From Gammaproteobacteria bacterium (lineage in GTDB: Bacteria > Pseudomonadota > Gammaproteobacteria > UBA9214): a DNA stretch of 39,649 nt. The stretch is from positions 1-39,649 of the forward strand of contig JAOULY010000001.1 of the NCBI GenBank assembly GCA_029881775.1. The letters run 5' to 3'. Under the pieces are notes generated by a model. It was not told the origin of the DNA and made no database searches. It saw only the letters and a list, made by a program, of their open reading frames with translations. Positions within the stretch are counted from its first letter, which is position 1; the number at the start of each line of letters is the position of its first letter. The position numbers and the translations under genes were made by a program. Of the stretch, positions 16,130 through 23,094 are shown piece after piece.

Positions 16130-18172
16130 CTAGCGAAGTTTATTCAGCCAGCCCTGGTTTTCATCATGTCTGTCGAGAAGTAACAGGATGTCTGTCTGCC
16201 CCGCAGCGGCCGCGATATCGCGAACACGTTCGCGCCGGTTATTCCTGATCCGCGTATCGGCGCCGGCCTGGAGCAGCATTGCAACGGTATCTGCGTGACC
16301 GTTGGCTGCAGCCAGCATCAGCGATGTTTCGCCCAGGTTATTTGCAGCATCAATTTCAGCCCCGGCCTTTAGTAATTGGCCGACAATTCCTTGCCGCCCC
16401 TTGTTTGCGGCCAGCATCAGTGATGAGTTCCCGTCGCCGGTACGGGTGTTCACGTCGGCCTGGTGTGAGATCAATTGCTTGACGATCTTCCCGTAACCTT
16501 TTTCAGTAGCATGCATCAAGACCGTGCGACTGTTGTGGTCGCTTGTCGAGACAGTGGCGCCGCTGTCGAGCAACAATCTGGTGTTTTTGTCCAGGCCGCT
16601 GCCGACTGCATACCACAGGGCGGTATGCTTGTTGTGGTCAGCCTGGTTTACACGGGCCGTGCCGGCGAGGAGCAATTTTAGTAACTTGCTATTATTGTTT
16701 TCTGCGGCCAGCATCAAAACAGTAACGCCGGACCTGTCCTGCTGATTCTGGTTGGTCTTGCGCTGTAGCAGGAGTCTGACAATATCCAGGTTGCCATCGC
16801 GCACTGCAATGCACAAGGCGCTGCACCCCTCATTATCCTGGTGGTTGATTGCTGCAGTAACAAGCAGCAGCTTTACGATTCCAGGTTCACCGGAGCGTAC
16901 GCCCCACATCAATGTGCTCGAGCCATCATCGGTCACATCAGCTTTGGCACCGGCGTCCAGCAGGAATTTGACAAGAACACCGTGTCCCTTGTGGGCTGCG
17001 AGTGATAATGCTGTGTGGCCTTCATTGTTCCTGATGTTTATATCGGTGCCGCGCTTGATGATTTCGCGGACAATCTCCTCCTGACCCCGCCATGCAGCTT
17101 CGAGCAACGGCGGCATGCCGGATGATCCGTATGTGTCCTGTTTTTTATCGTGTAATGAAAGAAGTTTGCCGGCAGATGCGGTGGATCGTTTAACGGATGC
17201 TTTCGGTATCGCATTGTGTTTCGCCAGTAATGCGAGAATATTCCTGTGGTTCTTCCTGGCTGCAATGTCTGCTGCAGTCAGGCCATCCCTGTTCGCTATG
17301 TTGAGCCTGGCGCCGTTGGCAATCAATATATCCAGTACGCGTGCATCATCCTTGCCTGCAGCGATCATGGCTGCTGAGTCGCCATTGCGATCTACCAGGT
17401 TGACGGACGCCTTGTTTCGCAGAAGTAGCCTGACGATATCGCCATGTGCGTGCTTCGTTGCGATGTGCAGTGCGCTTTCTCCGCCGTCATTCTGCGCATC
17501 CGGCAAGTGAGAGTCCAAGAGTAGCGCTTCGATTACTTTCGCATTGCCGATTTCCGCGGCCTGCATAAGTGGCGTGTTGTGATAGTCGTCACGTGCGTCG
17601 ATATTGGCGCCTGCAGCGAGCGCCTGGCGGACTTTGTTGTGGTCAGATTTTATGATGGCATGCCGCAGCAGTTCATCGAGTGTCCCGCTTGCAGCGGGCT
17701 GTGGCTCCGATTCGGATGCCGAGACCTTCTTTTGTGCCATCCTGTGACCATTGCCTGCTGCACGTTTAAACCAGTGCAGGGCGTTTTCATAACTGATGTC
17801 GGTTCCCCAGCCATTCTCATACATGACGCCGAGGTTATACTGCGCCTGTGCATGTTCCTGTCTGGCGGCCTTTTGCAGCCAGTCAAAGGCGGCTTTGTGA
17901 TTGCGCGGTACGCCACGGCCGGAGCGGTGCAGTGCTGCAAGCTGGTACTGTGCTTCCGGGTTTCCCGATTTGGCGAGTGGCACAAGTATCGCAACTGCCT
18001 TGTCCATATCACGCATGCGCACGGCGGTGTTGAAATCGCCAAGTACCTCGTTATCTGACGCTGCCGGCAAGCCGGGCGAGATGCAGGCCAGGCCCAGCGC
18101 GGCAGTAAGAGCCAGCATGCGCAGCAGCACTGTTGCGCATAGTCGCAGCTTTCCGGATTCAGGCTGTTCCAT
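16130..18172 (-). CDS. secreted Sel1-repeat plus ankyrin-repeat protein
   Basis: 680 aa. Signal-like N-terminus LRMLALTAALGLACISPGLPAAS. It has 2-3 Sel1 repeats (GNPEAQYQLAALHRSGRGVPRN..., AQAQYNLGVMYENGWG...). About 14 ankyrin repeats follow (recurrent G.T.LM.AA..G....V..LL..GA..N). Confidence 0.85.
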   Translation of the reverse strand: MEQPESGKLRLCATVLLRMLALTAALGLACISPGLPAASDNEVLGDFNTAVRMRDMDKAVAILVPLAKSGNPEAQYQLAALHRSGRGVPRNHKAAFDWLQKAARQEHAQAQYNLGVMYENGWGTDISYENALHWFKRAAGNGHRMAQKKVSASESEPQPAASGTLDELLRHAIIKSDHNKVRQALAAGANIDARDDYHNTPLMQAAEIGNAKVIEALLLDSHLPDAQNDGGESALHIATKHAHGDIVRLLLRNKASVNLVDRNGDSAAMIAAGKDDARVLDILIANGARLNIANRDGLTAADIAARKNHRNILALLAKHNAIPKASVKRSTASAGKLLSLHDKKQDTYGSSGMPPLLEAAWRGQEEIVREIIKRGTDINIRNNEGHTALSLAAHKGHGVLVKFLLDAGAKADVTDDGSSTLMWGVRSGEPGIVKLLLVTAAINHQDNEGCSALCIAVRDGNLDIVRLLLQRKTNQNQQDRSGVTVLMLAAENNNSKLLKLLLAGTARVNQADHNKHTALWYAVGSGLDKNTRLLLDSGATVSTSDHNSRTVLMHATEKGYGKIVKQLISHQADVNTRTGDGNSSLMLAANKGRQGIVGQLLKAGAEIDAANNLGETSLMLAAANGHADTVAMLLQAGADTRIRNNRRERVRDIAAAAGQTDILLLLDRHDENQGWLNKLR

Positions 18173-19472
18173 ATTTTGTCTCTACTTCGATACCGGTATT
18201 TTTCAGGAAAGGAGTGGGTAATACGCCGCCGGCACAAATGATGACAGCGTCATTATCAAGTTCGAGAATATTGCCCTGTTGTTCGATTTTCACTGTTTTG
18301 TCGCAGATTGCTTTTACATTGGATGACATGAGGATTTTCAGGTTGCCTGTTTCGCCCAGTGACGCTATGCGTTGACGGTTCTTTTCCTTTGCGCGCGAGA
18401 ATGATTCGCTTCTGTACGAGATAGTTACCGTGGTGTCTGGTAATTCGGCAATACTTGCCGCTGCCTCAAGTGCGCTGTCGCCGCCACCCACAACCAGGAC
18501 ATGTTGGTTGCGATATTGTTCCGGATCGATAAGGCGATAGACAACTTTGTTTGACTCTTCGCCGGGAACTCCAAGTGTGCGTGGCGTTCCCCTCCGGCCT
18601 ATCGCAAGCAAGACAGATGATGTCCGGTACTCGTTGCTGGACGTTTTTACAATGAAGCCGTCTTCAATACCGTCGATAGTATCCACGCGTTCGCCGTAAT
18701 TGATTTTGATGCCGGTCTTTACAATCACGTCCTGCCAGAACTCCAGTAATTCCTCTTTTGATACTTCCCTGAAATTCATTTTTCCGACGATGGGCAGCTT
18801 GATCGGCGCCGTCATGACAAGCTTGCCGCGCGGGAAGTGGGCGACGGTACCTCCCAGTGAATCCTGATCAACGGCGACGTAGTCCAGTTTGCTTTCATGT
18901 GCAGCCAGGGTGGCGGCGATCCCCGCAGGGCCTGAGCCGATTATCACTACGTCCAGGTAACCACCCGGTGACTTTCGACCAGACCTGATGATGGACTCCA
19001 TGGCCTGGCGGCCCTGTTCTGTTGCGTTCCTGATCAGGCCCATGCCGCCGAGTTCCCCGGCTATGTAAATACCCGCTACGTTGGTTTCAAAGTCCGGTGA
19101 CACCAATGGAATATCGACGCCGCGCTCGGCAGTGCCGAACACCAGGGTGATGGCATCCATCGGGCAGGCTGTCTTGCATGCGCCATGCCCGATGCAGTGG
19201 CTGGGATTGATCAACTCCGCCTTGTCACGGATCAGTCCAAGCACGTTTTTCTCAGGGCAGGCGCTGATGCAGGAACGGCAGCCAATACACGCGGTGGCGT
19301 CAATGACGGGATGCAATGAGGCGGGTTGCATGAGGCCTGCATCACGCGCTTGTTTGAGTTCCCTGTAGGCATGACGTTGCGTGCGCTGACGTTTAGCCAG
19401 GTATGTGCCCCATATGATTAAAAACAGCGCTATGTATATAAAAGTATATTTATCAAACATATACAAAATCAT
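18159..19472 (-). CDS. membrane-anchored 2x[4Fe-4S] ferredoxin-domain / FAD-NAD(P) pyridine-nucleotide-disulfide-family oxidoreductase
   Basis: 437 aa. N-terminal TM helix FIYIALFLIIWGTYLA. Two ferredoxin motifs, CIGCRSCISACP and CIGHGACKTACP. Two Rossmann motifs, VIIGSGPAG and VVGGGDSALE, in a thioredoxin-reductase-like arrangement. It overlaps the downstream ankyrin gene by 14 nt. Confidence 0.8.
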   Translation of the reverse strand: MILYMFDKYTFIYIALFLIIWGTYLAKRQRTQRHAYRELKQARDAGLMQPASLHPVIDATACIGCRSCISACPEKNVLGLIRDKAELINPSHCIGHGACKTACPMDAITLVFGTAERGVDIPLVSPDFETNVAGIYIAGELGGMGLIRNATEQGRQAMESIIRSGRKSPGGYLDVVIIGSGPAGIAATLAAHESKLDYVAVDQDSLGGTVAHFPRGKLVMTAPIKLPIVGKMNFREVSKEELLEFWQDVIVKTGIKINYGERVDTIDGIEDGFIVKTSSNEYRTSSVLLAIGRRGTPRTLGVPGEESNKVVYRLIDPEQYRNQHVLVVGGGDSALEAAASIAELPDTTVTISYRSESFSRAKEKNRQRIASLGETGNLKILMSSNVKAICDKTVKIEQQGNILELDNDAVIICAGGVLPTPFLKNTGIEVETKYGTA

Positions 19473-19860
19473 TACCAGTTCATGACAGTGATTAACGGGC
19501 GCAATTACCTGTATTTAGTGCCGGTGTGAGTTTAGTTGCTTTCGGTAAAATATGGGAATATATTCCCAATAATTAGAAATGGGTCACAGTTGCCTCCCTG
19601 TTGATCTGGTCTCCTTATGTCGCATCACCGGGTCAGGCGTTGTGGACTGGCGGTTGCAGCAATGCATACGGCCGGCGGTGATTCATCTTTAAACAAAGAC
19701 TATGGGCGAATCCTGATGGAAAGAAATGTGACTGGTTTGGCAGTTGTTAAAGAATGCTGCTGCATTGGCAAAGATCGTAGCTATTTCACAGACATAGTGC
19801 GATATGCGTGACAGTGTCAGTACCACTGAATCAGCAGATGAAATTTATGCAGGCATCGGT

Positions 19861-20556
19861 ATGAAGACAACGGCAGTTTTGGCTTTGATTATCCCTTTGG
19901 CGACGGTTGGTTTTTACTTGCTGATGGATGACAGGCAGTTGAATGACAGTGACCTGCACTCAGGCAGCGCTGACATGCCGCCGGCATCCTCGCCATCGCC
20001 GGTTAATGCGGTAAAGCCACTGCCAAGAGTCGAAGATATGCTGGGTAAGCTTGAGGCCAGGCTAGAGTCAGACCCGGATGATGCGAGTGGCTGGAACCTG
20101 CTTGGCAAATCCTATGAATATCTTGGCCGACCAGATGCAGCTGAAAAGGCCTTCAATCGGGCCAGGGCGCTTGGTTATTCAGATGACGCAACAAGCGTCA
20201 ATACAGGCAGGCGTATAAAAGTAATCGCCAGCATTGAACCTTCGCTGGTAGATGCCGTATCGATGACCGACACCGTTTTCGTATTTGCACGGGCCGTGAA
20301 TGGACCGCGCATACCATTAGCCACGCTAAGGAAGCAGGCCTCTGAGCTGCCTTTTGAGTTTGAGCTGGATGATTCAATGGCGGTGTCGCCGTTCGCGAAG
20401 CTATCAGATTACGAGAAAATTATTATCGGTGTGCGTGTATCGCGTAGCGGAGAAACATTCGCCAGGGAAGGTGACCTGGAAGGTTTTAGTGGGCTTGTCT
20501 CGCCAGGTGCTGCAGATGTAGTGCCTGTCATTGTCAGTCAGGCTGTCATCAGGTAG
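19861..20556 (+). CDS. CcmI/CycH-like apocytochrome c chaperone (single TM, TPR and C-terminal domain)
   Basis: Start moved to ATG 19861 (MKTTAVLALIIPLATVGFYLLM anchor). LEARLESDPDDASGWNLLGKSYEYLGRPDAAEKAF and the C-terminal TVFVFARAVNGPRIPLATLRKQASELPFEFELDDSMAV..VRVSRSG match the conserved C-terminal module of CcmI. Confidence 0.65.
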   Translation: MKTTAVLALIIPLATVGFYLLMDDRQLNDSDLHSGSADMPPASSPSPVNAVKPLPRVEDMLGKLEARLESDPDDASGWNLLGKSYEYLGRPDAAEKAFNRARALGYSDDATSVNTGRRIKVIASIEPSLVDAVSMTDTVFVFARAVNGPRIPLATLRKQASELPFEFELDDSMAVSPFAKLSDYEKIIIGVRVSRSGETFAREGDLEGFSGLVSPGAADVVPVIVSQAVIR

Positions 20557-20566
20557 TTCCATAATT

Positions 20567-21499
20567 ATGAATGCCGTTACCAGGGAAATGAATGCAGCAT
20601 CGGATGGTGATTTTGGAAATGCCGATAATGCGCAAAGGTTAAAGCGTTTGCGTGCCCTGATTGCAGGCGGGCCACGCACCCTGATGATGTATATGACTGT
20701 GATCGCCATTCTTTACGCGGGATGGAGCAGACGGGGTGATGTTTACCTCTCCCCCGAAGAAGGCCTTGGCTATGCGCTGGGTATTACTGGCGGCCTTATG
20801 ATGTTGTCATTGTTGTTGTATCCGTTACGCAAGCATAAAAAATGGGCGCGCATCCTCGGTGGTGTGCGCAACTGGTTCAGGATGCATATGGTTCTGGGTG
20901 TAATCGGGCCTGTCTGCATTCTCTACCACTGTAATTTCCAGCTGGGTTCAATGAACGGAAATGTAGCTCTCTTCAGTATGCTGCTGGTGGCATCGAGTGG
21001 CTTGATAGGTCGCTATTTTTACGGGCGTGTTCATTACGGCCTGCACGGATCTAAAGCCGATCTGGAGAATCTGGGTAGCGACGCAGCTGCACTCAGGGGC
21101 TGTATGAAATATATCTTCGAAGAATCACCGTCTATGCAGAAGAGGCTTGACGGGCTGGATGCTAAAACGCGAAATCTCCCGGATGGCTTTGTTGCCAGTT
21201 TCATACATGTCATTTACATATCAATGCTTACAAGGTGGGCCCGGTTGGCAACAGCCAGGGATTTGCGCCTTGCTATCAATGCTATACATGCGAAAAACAG
21301 GATGGACAGACAGACGCTGGGTTCTCTTGATGAGGTCAGTCGGTTCTACCTGAAAACTTACCTCGAAGCGATCAAGCGCGTAGCCGGCTTCAGCTTTTAT
21401 GAGCGGCTATTTTCACTTTGGCATTTATTGCATATGCCATTGTTCATGATGCTGCTGGTTACAGGCACCATTCATGTGCTTGCCGTGCATATGTATTGA
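20567..21499 (+). CDS. polytopic inner-membrane protein with conserved-looking intramembrane histidines (candidate b-type haem / quinone-interacting subunit)
   Basis: Start moved to ATG 20567, 10 nt after the upstream stop. Five predicted TM helices. His residues sit in helices 3 and 5 (WFRMHMVLGVIGPVCILYH; LWHLLHMPLFMMLLVTGTIHVLAVH). A soluble helical insert of about 120 aa lies between TM4 and TM5. I did not recognise a family. Confidence 0.55.
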   Translation: MNAVTREMNAASDGDFGNADNAQRLKRLRALIAGGPRTLMMYMTVIAILYAGWSRRGDVYLSPEEGLGYALGITGGLMMLSLLLYPLRKHKKWARILGGVRNWFRMHMVLGVIGPVCILYHCNFQLGSMNGNVALFSMLLVASSGLIGRYFYGRVHYGLHGSKADLENLGSDAAALRGCMKYIFEESPSMQKRLDGLDAKTRNLPDGFVASFIHVIYISMLTRWARLATARDLRLAINAIHAKNRMDRQTLGSLDEVSRFYLKTYLEAIKRVAGFSFYERLFSLWHLLHMPLFMMLLVTGTIHVLAVHMY

Positions 21500-21507
21500 T
21501 TCAGTGA

Positions 21508-23085
21508 ATGATTGCCGTAAGCATGAAACCGGTTTGTCCGTGCGTCCTTGTATTTTTTGTCACGATGTTGGCATTAACGGCAAATGTGCAGGCGCGCAGC
21601 CTTGAATCGCTGATCATGCCAGGCAAGCTGATCGAAGGGCATGCCAAGTATGAGGATGAATGTAATCAGTGCCACCGTCCGTTCAGCAAGGAAAGCCAGA
21701 ATGTTCTGTGTCTCGATTGCCATGAACAGGTTGCAGAAGATGTTGACGGCAAGAAAGGGTTTCATGGGCTCAGTCGTCTTGGCGAGTATGAATGTAGTAC
21801 ATGTCATGAAGATCACAAGGGACGGGATGCGCAGGTGATGCAATTCAGTACCGATACATTTGACCATGATTTGACTGATTACCCGTTAAAGGGGATGCAT
21901 GGTGTTGTGGTTTGTAATGCCTGTCACAAGAGCGGGGACAAGTACAGGGAAGCACCGGGCGAATGTTTTGACTGTCATGAGGCTGATGACATGCACAAGG
22001 GTAATCTCGGCAAGAAGTGTTCGGATTGCCACAGCGTCAAGGGCTGGCGGGAAGAACAGAAGTTTGAGCACGATGAAACAGACTTCAAGCTGCTTGGAAA
22101 GCATGAGGATGTCGAGTGCGACAGTTGTCATGCCAGCCAGCGTTATGAAAACACACCCATGGAATGCAGTACCTGTCACCGGTTCAATGATGTGCATGCA
22201 GGTAATTACGGCACGGACTGCGGCAACTGTCATCGTGAGGAAGGCTGGAAAAAAATCCGCTTCAATCACGACAAGACGGATTTTCCATTGACCGGGAACC
22301 ATCGCGATGTGAAATGCGATACATGTCACGGTGGTGACGTGCTGGCGGATAACCTGGGGACAGACTGCGTGTCATGTCACAAGGGTGACGACGAACACAA
22401 GGGTCAGTATGGAAAGAAGTGCGAATCCTGTCATAAGACCAGTGGCTGGGACAAGGTAAAGTTTGATCATGACAAAGAGACTGATTTCCCGCTGCGCGGC
22501 AAGCATATCGATCAGCAATGTAGCGCATGCCATCGGGGAGAACTTGGTAATGAGTCGCTGGCTAGAAAATGCATCGACTGTCACAAGGCCAATGATGTTC
22601 ATGCAGGCGAGCAGGGCGAGACATGTGATCAATGCCACGGCGAGAAAGGCTGGGCGACGAAAGTGCGTTTTGAGCATGATATGACGAGTTTTCCCCTGAT
22701 CGGCATGCATGGCGTCGCACCCTGCGAGGAATGTCATTTGTCCGCAGTGTTTTCGGATGCGCGGGCTGAATGTGATGCCTGCCATGCAGGTGATGATGTG
22801 CATGAGAAGAAGCTCGGGCCGGCTTGCGAGGCGTGTCATAACCCGAATGCATGGACATTGTGGGAATTTGATCACAATAACCGGACAGATTTCACGCTGG
22901 ACGGGAGTCACGTCGGTATCGATTGTCACGCTTGCCACAAGCAGCCCGTGAAGAAAAAGATCAAGCAGAGCGGTGCATGTGGTAGCTGCCACAGGGATGA
23001 CGATGTGCATGACGGCGGGTTCGGACGATTCTGTACGCGCTGTCATAACACGAAATCATTCGGTGCCATCGAGATAAACAGGTAG
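21508..23085 (+). CDS. periplasmic 21-haem c-type cytochrome (seven c7/c3-type trihaem modules)
   Basis: 525 aa with a signal peptide (alternative start ATG 21523). I counted 21 CxxCH motifs, spaced as 7 repeats of about 70 aa. Each repeat has the pattern F.HD.TDF.L.G.H....C..CH ... C..CH..DD.H.G..G..C..CH....W. Confidence 0.9.
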   Translation: MIAVSMKPVCPCVLVFFVTMLALTANVQARSLESLIMPGKLIEGHAKYEDECNQCHRPFSKESQNVLCLDCHEQVAEDVDGKKGFHGLSRLGEYECSTCHEDHKGRDAQVMQFSTDTFDHDLTDYPLKGMHGVVVCNACHKSGDKYREAPGECFDCHEADDMHKGNLGKKCSDCHSVKGWREEQKFEHDETDFKLLGKHEDVECDSCHASQRYENTPMECSTCHRFNDVHAGNYGTDCGNCHREEGWKKIRFNHDKTDFPLTGNHRDVKCDTCHGGDVLADNLGTDCVSCHKGDDEHKGQYGKKCESCHKTSGWDKVKFDHDKETDFPLRGKHIDQQCSACHRGELGNESLARKCIDCHKANDVHAGEQGETCDQCHGEKGWATKVRFEHDMTSFPLIGMHGVAPCEECHLSAVFSDARAECDACHAGDDVHEKKLGPACEACHNPNAWTLWEFDHNNRTDFTLDGSHVGIDCHACHKQPVKKKIKQSGACGSCHRDDDVHDGGFGRFCTRCHNTKSFGAIEINR

Positions 23086-23094
23086 GCGAAAAGC

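Noticed and set aside
19617-19811. 64-aa ORF in the divergent intergenic region upstream of the CcmI-like gene
   Set aside because: It has no SD, an odd composition (a CCC run) and no features. The region is more plausibly the shared promoter/5'-UTR.
22372-23046. 224-aa minus-strand ORF (and others at 21886-22329 and 22562-22858) inside the 21-haem gene
   Set aside because: These are antisense or alternative frames of a gene whose plus frame carries 21 regularly spaced CxxCH motifs and a signal peptide. The shadow ORFs show no independent features.
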